Assembly: GCA_026026165.1 (NCBI GenBank)
Contig: JAPEUD010000019.1
Location: forward strand, 186,001-250,000
DNA length: 64,000 bases
Origin: Sarea resinae
Taxonomy: Eukaryota
Direction of reading: 5' to 3'
In this document: positions 37,365 through 49,476 of the stretch, in pieces
Numbering within the stretch: the first letter of the stretch is position 1
Layout of the letters: each line of letters begins with the position of its first letter
Position numbers and translations under genes: made by a program
The notes under the pieces: generated by a model
Seen by the model: only the letters and a program-made list of their open reading frames with translations
Databases searched by the model: none
What the model was told of the DNA's origin: nothing

Positions 37365-37595
37365 TCAGGCCCCACAACCAGAGCAAAGGGCCAACATACA
37401 GTCCCACAATTTGACAGGCCATGACCTCTGCTTCTTTGCCGCGCAAGGAGTACACTCTTCAGACACGTAGTGAAGAGGAAACTCCTCCCGCTTGAATTTC
37501 TGTATCGCACATGAGAACCCACGACGGCATTCTTCCTGGACGACAAGTCGCTTGTCGTGGTTGCACGAGTACACTTCGACGTATCCCAGACACAT
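37365..37595 (-). CDS. Small 'MC' Cys/His putative zinc-binding protein, copy E (76 aa)
   Basis: MCLGYVEVYSCNH-x9-C-x5-C-x18-CTPC. Start context caaccATG; TATA-like run near 37746-37754. Confidence 0.7.
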   Translation of the reverse strand: MCLGYVEVYSCNHDKRLVVQEECRRGFSCAIQKFKREEFPLHYVSEECTPCAAKKQRSWPVKLWDCMLALCSGCGA

Positions 37596-38024
37596 GGTTG
37601 CTGAGTATTTGGGTTTTGAGGGGGGAAGTGGTTCAACCGGAAAAGCGGACAGGATAGGGCTCGAGTTGGTGTTGTGAGGATGTTTGGTTCAAGACGATAC
37701 AGGAAGATGGTCTGCAGATATCGAAAAGGAAGGGATTATGGGGTCATATATATAGCTGCGAGGCCCATGGTAGTAGATGCACATCGACCCTCTTTTCGCT
37801 GATAATGAACAATTGCTTTGACAATGAGACGAATGGCATGAAAGGAAGGGAATCAACGTCTTTGTCAAAAAGGGGGATCGGACAATGAGCGATGAGAAGA
37901 CAAACATCGATGTTCATCTTCTTTGTGATGCACGTGCAACGGGTCGCAAGAGTCTAAGAAAATATGAGCTGATTGGGATACCTCAGCATCAAATGCCTTG
38001 CTTGTTAATGAGTCCATTGAAAGG

Positions 38025-38259
38025 GTAAACATCTGCTGAAAGTGCTTGACTTGTCAAATCGACCGGTGTCGAAAGGACAGTGCGTATTCGAGTACGCAGC
38101 ACGAACCCAAATACGGCAGGAAGTGGCCGCAGAGCAAAAGGCGCGCGGAACCGCGCTAATGGGTCGTTGCCATAGGAAACGAACTTCGGCAGCCCGACCC
38201 GGCGCAAGTCTATCGCGCGCTGAAGAAATCCGTCAACCGTGAATTGTGAACCGTAAACA
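38025..38259 (+). promoter_or_regulatory. RFX X-box flanked by two forkhead sites
   Basis: GTTGCCATAGGAAAC at 38166-38180; GTAAACA at 38025-38031 and 38253-38259. Confidence 0.55.
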
Positions 38260-38472
38260 TCACCAATCACCTCTCCTCTCGTCTTTCCCCTACCTCTTCA
38301 CATCAACGATCATCATCACGCTCCATTCTAGACTCCACACCATCACAACTTTACTCTCTGCGAGCCAAATTGATCACCGACAACGGGACTCTTTCTTCAT
38401 CTTGTGTGTCTAAAATACCCTGATATCGAGGCAATACAAGATACAATTATCGAGCATCGTCCAGAAGCAACA

Positions 38473-40536
38473 ATGCCGCGCATCACGCGTGCTCGCGCCG
38501 CAGCGAAACAGCAAATTACGGCACCTGATGCCAACAATTCCTCGAGCAGTGAAGGCTCGGAGACTGCTGGTGTGGCATTGTTGGCAGCGCCAGTGGAGAA
38601 GCAAGCGCCATTAGATGCAGCTGATCAAAAGCCTGAAAATGTGGTAGTGGAGTCCGCAAATGAGGTTGAACCCAACACCGAGGAGCTGCCGACGGCCGCT
38701 AAGAAAAGCCGCAAGAGGAAGCCAAAGAAGAAGAAGGGCAAGGCGGCCGAGTCAAACTGCGAGACTGCGGAATCAAAAGGCGACACAGTGGAGGAAGAGA
38801 CGCAGAAGACTGATGAAGTCCCTGAAGTCACACCTGTGACTGATGAAGTTGATACGGCTCACCAGAACGACGTGACGGTAACAGTTTCCTTTCCCACGCT
38901 TGACGTCGCCAACCCCATTCCGAGCGAGGATACTACAGACGCGCCCAACAAGCGCAGAAAGCGGAAAAACAGCAAGAAGAAGGGCCCCAAGACCGTCACT
39001 GCGACCGAGCAGGAGACATTCACACAAGAGCCAATCATCAACACGGAAAGCAAGGATGATTCATTCATCGAGAACATCCAATCACGCACTCCCGCCAGAG
39101 TCACCCGTGGTGAAATACCCACAACCGATGTTCAAGAGATTGAGCCATATCAAAGTGACAAGAGTCCCGAGATTGAGATTGACTCCTTCGTTGAGCAAAT
39201 CACCTCAAGAAGCCCGGCGAAGATGATCACAAGGATCGAAGATTCTGTGGAGGCGATTGACGCTCTCGAAGAGGCTATCGAGCAAGTCGGAGAAGCGTTG
39301 CCTGCAATCGATCAGCGTCGTTCACCAAAGAAGGTAGACAACACCAAAGAGACGGTGTCGGAAGCCAACGCTGAAAAGGCTACCGACGAAATGGCCGAGA
39401 CCAAGGTCAGCAGGTCATCGCCACGAAAGGCCGTGGCCACTAAATCGGCAACAAAGCCAGCTGCTACGCGCAGCACCACGCGAACTACTGTGGTACCAGC
39501 TTCGCGGCAGAAGGATCGGAAGAATTCAGATTCTTCAACCACATCTACCTCGGGAACACTCAAGTCAACCGACGGAAATGGTAGAACGGTCAACACTGAC
39601 ACGGCACAAAAGGCGGCAGCGGCCAAGAAGCCACGCGCCGGATCGGTTTCATTCCCTGCACCCGCTCCGCCTCCCAAATCCTCTAAGCCTCCAACTCGCG
39701 CGACCTTTGTCCTTCCTGGCGAAGCTGTCGCGAAAAAGCTGAAAGAGCAGAAGGAGGAACGCCTGAAGCGAGAGGCCGAGGAGAAGAAAAGAAAGGCAGA
39801 GGCCGAGGAACAGACAAAGAAGGCCAAGACTCGGGATTTGAGGGCACGTACGGCTTCAAAGACGTCCACAGCCACTACAGCAGATGCAAAGAGTCACGCA
39901 CCAGCGTGTGCCGATAAGCAAACAGCAGCCAGCAAAGCCCGCACCAGTCTGGTTCACCATGAAGTGAAGAACATCGAGCCAACGATGGCAGTTGAGACGC
40001 GTGTGCCTGCTACCACTGCTGTCTCGGCGCACAGACGTGTCTCCTCAATGACATCGCTGAGACCGACCACCCGCTCAAGCGTGCTGCCAGGGCATTCGAA
40101 GAACGGCTCCATCTCCGAGACGACTAAGAAGATCGAGCCACCGAAGGCGGCTACGATGACAACGCTTTCAGTACCCAAGCGCACCGCGACGGTCGCTCAG
40201 CCGTTCAAGCTATCCACTAGAGCCACCTCTACTTCTGCTTCTACGAGTACCAAATCCGCTGGCCGTGCTCTGTATGCCCATGATAAAGCAGACGATGACT
40301 CCAAAGAACGCGAGCGGCGTGCCAAGGAAGAAGCGGCCAGGAAGGCGCGCTCGGATGCCGCCGAGAGGGGACGCATTGCCAGCAGAGAATGGGCCGAGAA
40401 ACAAAAACTCAGAGTCAAGAAGGAGGCCGCTGCTCGCGCTGCTGGGTTAGCATCTTCGGCTGCTACGACTACCATGGCGGCTGCAGACAAGATGGACGTC
40501 GTACCTGTCTCAGTGGCTGAGGCAGGCATCGTCTAG
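38473..40536 (+). CDS. Lys/Thr/Ala-rich hypothetical protein with coiled-coil segments (687 aa)
   Basis: Long intronless ORF from acaATG (MPRITRARAAA). Ordered-looking blocks RIEDSVEAIDALEEAIE, KPPTRATFVLPGEAVAKKLK, AAERGRIASREWAEKQK. Confidence 0.85.
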   Translation: MPRITRARAAAKQQITAPDANNSSSSEGSETAGVALLAAPVEKQAPLDAADQKPENVVVESANEVEPNTEELPTAAKKSRKRKPKKKKGKAAESNCETAESKGDTVEEETQKTDEVPEVTPVTDEVDTAHQNDVTVTVSFPTLDVANPIPSEDTTDAPNKRRKRKNSKKKGPKTVTATEQETFTQEPIINTESKDDSFIENIQSRTPARVTRGEIPTTDVQEIEPYQSDKSPEIEIDSFVEQITSRSPAKMITRIEDSVEAIDALEEAIEQVGEALPAIDQRRSPKKVDNTKETVSEANAEKATDEMAETKVSRSSPRKAVATKSATKPAATRSTTRTTVVPASRQKDRKNSDSSTTSTSGTLKSTDGNGRTVNTDTAQKAAAAKKPRAGSVSFPAPAPPPKSSKPPTRATFVLPGEAVAKKLKEQKEERLKREAEEKKRKAEAEEQTKKAKTRDLRARTASKTSTATTADAKSHAPACADKQTAASKARTSLVHHEVKNIEPTMAVETRVPATTAVSAHRRVSSMTSLRPTTRSSVLPGHSKNGSISETTKKIEPPKAATMTTLSVPKRTATVAQPFKLSTRATSTSASTSTKSAGRALYAHDKADDDSKERERRAKEEAARKARSDAAERGRIASREWAEKQKLRVKKEAAARAAGLASSAATTTMAAADKMDVVPVSVAEAGIV

Positions 40537-42833
40537 ATCGAGAGCGAGAAGGAGAACCCCGAGGCCTGTATGTTTTATCTCCGTTTGTCATCTCGGTATT
40601 CTCTTTTGTCTTGTCTCGCGTCACTTGGCGAATGGGACTGGATCATGGGAAACGGGCTGGGTAGCCTGGCTCTTTTATTTTCGTTTGGGGGCGCTTTATG
40701 ATATCCGGATCGTTTTCGTTTGGTCAAACGATCGATCAGGGGAGTCTCAATATTCATTTTTCTTCTCGTCTCGAGACTTCACTTCTTGTACTAGACCTTT
40801 TTCTCTTCTACTTCTTGACAGCGGTAGGGGGACGGCCGGAAGGGGGTTTTAGACTGGTTTTCAGATGGTGTTTTTCAAAGATTGGGTCTTGTTCTATGGG
40901 GGAGAGCTTCTCTTGTCTTTCTTTTCCTGAATGATGGTTATTGTTGGATTGATTGGTTGGTTGGCTGGTTGAACGAGATGGGTGATTCTGCTTCTCTCTG
41001 TCTCCTTGGCTAAGATACCCGAAAGCCTTCTTTCTGACCATCCATCCCATCTGCCTGCCTGTCGGGAGGTACCCCGGGTTTGACTGTTGGGTCGTCCGTT
41101 CTCTTTTGGGGGACGGGCGGCTCACAATGTCCCCGGGTCGATGCTCCTGACAGGTGGATGGGTGGATGGATGGATGGGTTGTATGTAGGCAGATTGGGTT
41201 CCAGATAAAATCGATTACTTGTTCCGTTCGCTCGATCAGGACGTTCAATACAGACATATATTCATGCTTTCATGCTTTCATGCTTACATACGTGCCATCC
41301 ATACACAGTGTAGGCGCGCGACGGTTCTAAAGTTCCACTCACAGACACTACGCAGGGAAGCCCTCGGGGAGTACAGCGGACAGGATGTGGTGAGTGAGTG
41401 AGTGAGTGAGTAGGTGAATGGCTGAATAGTTGTTGACCGTGCCTCTTAATGATACAACTATCAACTTGCTATTCCTGTACTATTTATCCACCCTCCAGCC
41501 TAGTCTAGTGCAGTGCAGTCCAACCGGCGTCGTCAACAACAGCCCCTGAGCCAGGACAGGCTCAGCCATAGCGATTCTGGGCCCGGGGGCTGTGGAAGGG
41601 AGCTGGCTTGCCGGTCTATGATTGAGATTGTTCCTGTCTGGTGGGGTGCGGTATGGTACAGCAGGAGACAAGCCAATATAAGACGAGATAGGATGAGAGG
41701 AGATAGGATAGGAGGGGATAGGATAGGAGGGGACTTGCATGAGTGTACTTGGTATGAATGAATGAATGAATGAATGAATGATCAAAAACACGGTTTTACA
41801 GGGTGCGAATACGATGCGTGCCTGGGATTAGCTGCGCTGTAGAAAGGAGAGAGAGAAACGGACATAGAGAGAGACAGAACAGAGAGATAGAGAGAGAGAG
41901 AGGGAGGGGGACAGAGACAGAGGGGTAGAAAGAGATGCCTATGATTCTCAATAGCTCGCACGCAGCGAGGACCTAGCTAGCCAACTAGTTGGCTGACTGG
42001 GTCGTGGGTTACCGGGCCGGATGATGAGTTTTCCCTGGTTTCTTCGTCTTTGTGAGGTTGGGAGGGAGGAAGGTGTGTGTGAGTGGGCATGGATGATACA
42101 TCTTGGAGTTCAAAGCGGACACTGAAGCTGGAGTGGAGCTCGTGTCCGAGGTCTGGGTCGTTGAAGATGGTAAACGCACAGTACAGGATTCTTGATTCAA
42201 ATCATGGCGGTTGTAATGGAAGTAGGTACAGAGACGCAGGAGAGAGGAAATAGGAGGGAGCCTTTTTTCCCCCTTTCCCCGGCTATTTTGTGATCGTCAA
42301 AGCAGCACGACCTGCCCCCGACCCCCATGCCGATCAAGCATCAGAGGGCCGTTTTTGTTCCTTGACATCCATTGTCACCACCACCACTGTCGCCAGCAAC
42401 GGACCTCTACTATCGTGAGTGAAGAACAAGATATGCCAGGAAGACCACGCCACGCCACGCCTGCCTGCCTACGTACATGACCACCTACGGGCTGTCTAGA
42501 GGATACTATCTACCCATCCATGTTCCCACCTCCGGACGCGCTAGGGCAAACTATACAGTAATTTCGTACACTGCTCCCGTACCTAAGTTAGCTGCCGCAG
42601 CCAGCCGGATCAACCAGCCCAGGGCAGCCAGTCCATGGAGGAGGCCAGGGTAGGGCACACTGCGCCTTAGCTTGACGTTTGTATTCGTACCAAGGATAGC
42701 CTGCCTACTCCTAGATACTGGACCTCACCTCACCTCACCTCACCCCAGGTCCGCAAGGCAGGGCGTCGAGCGAGTCTGTCTGCCTGTCTCAGCCCGGCAC
42801 TTCGATCTCCCGGCGGCCCTGGCGGCCCTGGCG

Positions 42834-42864
<31 letters not shown>

Positions 42865-42883
42865 TAGCAACCCCGGGGCGTCA

Positions 42884-42887
<4 letters not shown>

Positions 42888-42928
<41 letters not shown>
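42888..42928. repeat. (CT)~20 microsatellite
   Basis: Read directly. Confidence 0.9.
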
Positions 42929-42932
<4 letters not shown>

Positions 42933-44031
42933 GATTCCCCACATTGCTGCATGGCTGCATGGCTGCATGTGTCTGGCTGAAAGAGTAACAGTAGCCATGC
43001 GTGTACCTACATTCGTCCCGGCCGGGCCAGCCATTCATCCAACTTATTGATGCAGACATGCAGACGGACTCATGAGGTGCAGCATCTGCGTGGAGACGGA
43101 GACTCCCGAGTAGGTAGCGTGTGGGTGGGGTCAGGGGAAGAAAAGTCGAGGGGCAGGGTGTGAGGGGCTGGCTGCTGCTGCTGCGAGAGAGAGAGGGAGA
43201 GCAAGGAAGTCGAGGCATTTCAAGAAACAAGCATGGCGTTCAGCACAGGACCTGGGATCAGGAAAGGGAAGAGAACAGGGAAACGAGGGGGAAGCTGAGC
43301 GACGTGCACGAGATGTGAGATGTGAGATGTGAGATGGGCAAAGCAGGGAACGACATATCCACATGGGTGCATCCACACATTTCCGTTTCTGTTCTTGTTT
43401 CTGTTTCTGTTTCTGTCCGAATAGTAATAACGATACCCTGATAACCTTCTTCTTCTCCTTCTTCCTCGTCGGCTTCCTTTCTGCTGCTGGTCTTCTGCTT
43501 CTGGTCTCGTGCATACCCTACGTACACACCCTCCATCTCGATCTCGATCTCCATTCGGGATCCGGATCCTTCGGTCTGCTCCCGTATGTACGTAAGGCAC
43601 TCTGCACTCATGCCGTCGTCGATCATGCAGCCCCCATCCCTCCCTCTCATCCGCCATTTACCAGTCCTATCAATGTATTCCCCCCTCCACACCTCTCCGC
43701 CCCCTCCAATGCAGGGAGTACGACTACACTTGACTTCCCTACAACAAGAGGAGGAGGGTGGAAATGAGATGAGCGTCTTTGTCTTTCTTGAGAAAGTCAC
43801 TTGGCAGCGTGTACGATACGATACGAAAGAACGGAGTGCGGAGTACATACGGAGCATGTACGGAACTTTGTCACGAGAGTAGATCTAGCAAGATCCGGAT
43901 GCTCGAACTCGAGTTCGACACAGCCCTGCTCTGTCCTGTCCTGTCCTGCCTTGTCCGGTCCTGTCTGGTAAGTCGGACGGAGTACATACTTCGCACTTCG
44001 TACATTAATCTGAATATCTCGCCCATCCCCC

Positions 44032-44032
<1 letters not shown>

Positions 44033-44066
<34 letters not shown>
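44033..44066. repeat. Poly-C homopolymer (34 nt)
   Basis: Read directly. Confidence 0.9.
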
Positions 44067-44067
<1 letters not shown>

Positions 44068-47000
44068 CCCTAAGAACGACCATCGCCCCGTCGTCGCTCC
44101 CGCCCGCCGTGGCCGTCGCTGCCGCCGTCGACGCCCCCCTCTCCCCACCCCACCCCACCCACACATCCCATACAAAGTTACCAAGTAACTCATGCGATCT
44201 CGCGCAGTCGGTGCAGCACATCAAGCAAGCAAGCAATGAAGCGGGCAGGGACCAACCCTGGGTCCGGTCCGGTCCAGTCAGGAAAAAGGGCACGAAAGCG
44301 CGGATCCCCCCCCGTCCAACCCCCCGTCACCCCCATCATCCATCATCCACCATACATCATACCGGGTCGGGTTAGGCTGAGCAGTCAAGAGAATACGTAG
44401 TAGATGGAAGTCATGGCTCAGGCCACTTGACATGCCACCACCGTCTTGCCCTGCCACCACCACAGCCAGATAGGTACTATTGGATACGTAGAGTAGTAAT
44501 GGTAGAGCACCTGCGCCCACTCTGCCCGCCCGACTACCTCAGGTACGAACGAGGTACTGCATGTATTCGTAAATTGATGGCTAGGTACGGTACGGTACGG
44601 CACGATACGGCACGATACGCAGGGGGCCGGTCGATCGATCGATCGATCGGTCGGTCGGTCGGTCGGTTGTCCAGTCCCGCCGCCGTCGTCGTCTTCGGTT
44701 CGGCTGGGGGGTTGGTTGATGGGTTGGCCGGTTCGGTCCGTGGACTGGAGCGCATCACGATCATTCGGAGTAGAGGATGCACATACTAAGTAGTAGTATT
44801 GATGTACGTATGTACGTATGTAAGTATGGCAAGACGACATGAGGCAGGCCAGACCAGACCAGACCAGACCAGGCCCAAGACAAGCCAAGCCAAGCCCAGC
44901 CCAGCCCAGCCTTGCAGACATTCGTGAGTAGATTCATTCAGCTCAAGGTAGGACTACGCGTGTGCGTGCGTGTGTATGTATGGATGTGCCTAAGTGCGGA
45001 AGAGCCGGCGTCGAAAGATGTTGGTCCGGACACACAGGCTCTATCCATGTTTCACAGGCCCGAGTCCCCGTCATCCACCTCCTCTATCAGAAGAGCTGTC
45101 AGAAGAGCTGTCAGTCAGTTGACGGCTGGCCCGGCTGGCTGGAGAGATGGCTGAATGGATGGCTGGCTGTAGCGAGAGATGGGATGGGATGAGAGGAGAG
45201 CAGAGCAGAGGGCATAGATGTGAGGGATAGATGGCACTGTCATAGAACTTGACGACCGAGAGAAGGGGAGCACTTGAGAAACAGACAGGGCGCGTTTGGA
45301 GCGATGGATATCTTCGAGGCGCCCTGCCCGGCGTCATAGAAGCATTGTTGTTCTTGTCCTCAGGACATAGATGACTAGGTACCTAGGCAGGTGGGTAGGT
45401 AGGTGACAGTGGCTCTGTTCTTTTGTTTGCCGTCTACGTAGACTCTATCATTCTTGCAACGTGCTATTGATGCTTCTAGTGCTACTCGAGTGCAAACGTG
45501 TAGAAGAGAATTGGAAATATAGAAAAGCCTTTTCTCTCTTGGAAAATCGAAGACCTTCCGTTTGAGTCGCACAAGGCCCTGCTGTCACTGAATTCGAAAT
45601 TTCTTTTCTGTTCCTTGGGTTGGTTGTACGGTGGAATTTTATGTTTATCGATGTTTGATTCGGAGCAAGCTAATAAGCATGCTGGATAAACATGAAACGG
45701 TTCTCTATCCTGATATTTCCACAACGATTTCGACGTATGAAATATATATCGAGCTTCTTTCTTTCAAGCGACTGTAAGGCACAGTAAATAGCAAACCTGT
45801 TCCTACGAGCGCCAAAAAGACTACCATAACCCGGCTCGTCCGGGTTATGCCTGTTTGCCTACTATATAGCGCAGCGCTCCTCACAGCCACTAAAAGAAAA
45901 AGTAAGAAAGAATCAATACAGTCACATCAGCCTCCTAGCCAACAGATACCAGTTATATCAATAACATTATCATCACCACCATCTCAGACCAGAAAGACTC
46001 ACTCTGATACTCGACCCCTCTCCCCACCGCGCCCCTTACATTGATCTTCACGTCGATCAAACGGCTGGTCCGTGCGCCCCGCTCCCCCTTCCCTTCGGTT
46101 CCTCCTGAGGGACTTTATCTGTGTAACCGGGTTCAACACACCGTACTCCGCACCCGGTCCAGTCATTCGTACGCCCACGAACCTCAGCATCTTCTTGGTT
46201 TCCCCCGGCTGACTTTTCTCTTCGATTTTCTAGTAGCAGCAGTGAATGACGGCAGTAAAGTGCTGCCTTTTTCCTGACCTAGATAATGGATTGAAAGGTA
46301 AAGTGAGGTAAGGTAGTATTTCCAACTCTCGGTACCTACCTTACTCGAGGACCATTACGACGCTTCGAAATCCGCACCTCGGGTCCCGCAGCAGTACCGG
46401 CATACGAACCCTCTCGGTAGACGAATAGGAACATGGATCCATGAACCAGAAGAAACGACGGCGCCGGCGCGGGCCGTCCACTAGGTACCTTAGGTAGGCA
46501 CTCGCTCCACTGTATCCCGCCCCCGAGCCCGAGCCCGAGCGACGGAGAAGGATTTGACTTTTTCCTTCCTCCATTTCGCTGTGAAGTGCGCGCTGCTGCG
46601 GGTAGGCCCCGCGACTAATGGCGTGGAGACAATTGGAGCTGGGTTGAATTTGAGCTGAGCAGAGCCGAGTTAGTAGAGTAGTTGGGCGATGCAGAGATCA
46701 CTTCGAGTAATTACCTTACCTACCCAGGGATCCATATGTGTGCTGCGATGAGGCGATGAGGCGATGGGGCGACGAGCTGTGTCGGAGCATCCCCTATGTT
46801 CCCTCTCCTGGATCTGTTCGCCTTACCTTTTCGAATACGCGCATCATTTCGCACATCGCATCGCATCGACATGCTCAACGTAGCGTACCTACTCCGTACA
46901 CCAGCATCAAACCTTCGAGTAGTACTAGGTAGCTACAGAGGCAACATCCGTACGTACATCGACATGGACGTTCTTGACTCCCGCTCCAAGTTGGGACGCC

Positions 47001-48766
47001 ATTCCATCCGATGCCAGCTGATGATCTCACGAGATCGATGTACCGACAGTACTAACGTGTGTTCCATATGGGAAGTACCTTGGACAGCTCGAAAACTAGA
47101 AAACTATTACCTAAAGTAGATACGCAAGGTGCAGTGAGGAAAGTAAATAGCTGATTACCTTTAGGTAAACAAAGACCCGGCCCCGTGAAAAGAGGGACGA
47201 TGATGATGAAAAGGCTGATAGAGGTTGCCTTGTATGGCACCGCGCGGTCTTCTCAAGGCGGTGGACAGCGGACGGTGGACGGTGGACGGCGGATAGTGGA
47301 TGGTAGCGGACGACGACGGCGGCGGCGGCGGCGGCGGCGGATAGTACCTGGACAGCCGGTGGACAGACGGTGGACAGTAGATCTCATCTCTAGGCGCAGG
47401 CCACTCTTCGCTATGTGCTGCGGGCGGGCGGACAGGCGGCTGTACTACAACAGTAGGGCGCCTGCTACTACTCGGAGAAGAAATCATGCATATATCGTCC
47501 CGGTCGCCGACTAGAGGGACTAAACAGGTATAGTAACTAGAGTAAGGAGATTTCTTTCCTCTCGGGCGATGCGCCGAGAGAGAGAGACTCAAGAGAGAAA
47601 AAGGGACGAGAATTAGGTAACCCATCGGCGATCTGACTGATCTGTGCTGGATGATCGCCCCGACCAGATACCCAAGGCAGTCTAGGTACCTGGGTGAAGT
47701 AGCCAGCGCATCCAAAAAGATTTTTCTTTTCTAATATCCGATCGAGATTTCGCCTAGAGATTATTCAACGACAACATGTGGTCATACGAGCGCCTACGCT
47801 ATTTGGTAACACCGCACGCACGTTGTGGAGGAGAGGACAGAAAGACAGAGACAAAGAGGTAAAAGTTGTGGTAGACCGTGACGATCTGCAATTGATTTCC
47901 CGCGCCATGATAATCCCTATTGGATACATGGGCGGTGAGCTGCTCGCTGCTGCTGTCGCTGCGGCCCGAGGCTGAGAAAGCCAAGCTAAGCTATGCTATG
48001 CGCTGAGTGGAAAAGACATGGTGATAGATACAAAGCAAGGGGTACACAAAATTCTCTCGCCCGCGCGCGTATAGTCTGCAAGTGGAGAAGATGTTCCATC
48101 GTCATCATCATCATTCAAAGTGTGTGAGAAGAGCATTTGGAGGCCAACAAAAGAAAAAGAAAAGTAATCGTGACGAAATAATGGTATGATGGATGGACAT
48201 TCCAATCCCAGTGTGATGACACCTGGCCGCGCTCGTTCGCCTGCCTCGCAGAATCCGTAAAGTCCTTGACGCTTGCACAACGTATGCCTCTGATGGTTTA
48301 GTGTAGTCTTGCGAGATATGCGCCAACTATCGACCGGAGCTGAGGCGCTCGCCCGCCGTGACAAAGCCGACAAACTTTTGGTTCGCGTACCAGACCGGGT
48401 GTACGCCTCGCGACATCAAACGAAAGGGACAAAGGGTATATGCCAGCTGTACAGGATGATAGAACACAAATGGTATTAAGAGGAATCCCTCAGATAGACA
48501 GAACGCCTCCCACACCACCGATGGTGTATGCTAGTATTGCTCGGAAAAGTCGAAGTCGACGTCGACAGTTGAGCGGCTCGTGATGTTGATGTAAATGTTG
48601 ATGTAAATGCAAGTCCCAAAAGAACCCAGTTTGGCACCTCCAGACCCTTCCTGATGCCCGATCCCAACTCTTTAACTCCATGGACCGACGACATGTTCGG
48701 CTTATAATGTGGTCGATATGATGATCAATGATGCGAAGTCGAACGAAGATGCTGCAAGTGGATATA

Positions 48767-49288
48767 TTATACAGTGCTCATGCGACGTTTAAGGTCTCGG
48801 ATCTGGTCGAAGGAGCTGGCATAACTGCGGAGCTCGTTTCGTGCCTGATCGGAAAGGTAGGCGTTGTCTTGGACCGAAGAGCTTCGTATCGAAGACAGCG
48901 AAGATCGCGAGGAAGAAGGTGTCAGGGCTCGATTGGTCGAAGTTGTGCCGCTACTACTTATGGTAGATTGGCTTCCGTTGAAAGGGTGAGAGAAATAACA
49001 ATTCGGGGCGTACGATGTGAGGGGACTGCTGCCAAGGCTTGGTGATTGTGCCTTGCCCGTCGGTTTGCAGGTGCCGAAGTTGAGTGGAGGAGGCAGCTGG
49101 AATCGACCGTTCGAAGACTTCCAGCTCGGGGACGGACCGCTGCTCGAGGGCGACACGGGTTCGGATCCACCAGATGCCCTCTCAATGTCGGCCAACCGAC
49201 AGGTCTGCGAGCAGTATGCACCACCCGATGTCTGCCTATCGCAGGCGAGGCAGAAGTCCGGAGTCCAGTCCATGTTTTCAGCCATCAT
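48767..49288 (-). CDS. ECL1: Ecl1/2/3-family (life-span regulatory factor) protein (173 aa)
   Basis: N-terminal FCLACDRQ-x5-YCSQTCRLAD zinc motif, Ser-rich middle, C-terminal LSDQARNELRSYASSFDQIR. TATA (-) at ~49378-49385. Confidence 0.85.
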   Translation of the reverse strand: MMAENMDWTPDFCLACDRQTSGGAYCSQTCRLADIERASGGSEPVSPSSSGPSPSWKSSNGRFQLPPPLNFGTCKPTGKAQSPSLGSSPLTSYAPNCYFSHPFNGSQSTISSSGTTSTNRALTPSSSRSSLSSIRSSSVQDNAYLSDQARNELRSYASSFDQIRDLKRRMSTV

Positions 49289-49395
49289 GGTCGACGTGTC
49301 TGATGGAACGAGAGGATAGTTGACAGTGAGGGTGGATGAAGCAGGAATTCAGAGATGCCGTCTGCTTCTGCTGGCACTTTATATAGAGCAGGCAA

Positions 49396-49476
49396 TGAGT
49401 CTGAGTGAGACTGTCATGGGTCGACGCTGGTGGTATGAGGCGAGCAAGGCAGGGCAAGGTAGGTGGGTATGAGTCA
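49396..49476. promoter_or_regulatory. Gcn4/CpcA-type sites in the Ecl1-family promoter
   Basis: TGAGTCA at 49470-49476 and TGAGTC at 49396-49401, just upstream of the TATA element. Confidence 0.45.

Noticed and set aside
41000..47700. Numerous 60-200 aa ORFs on both strands
   Set aside because: Derived from stop-poor simple repeats; no domains or consistent splice structure.
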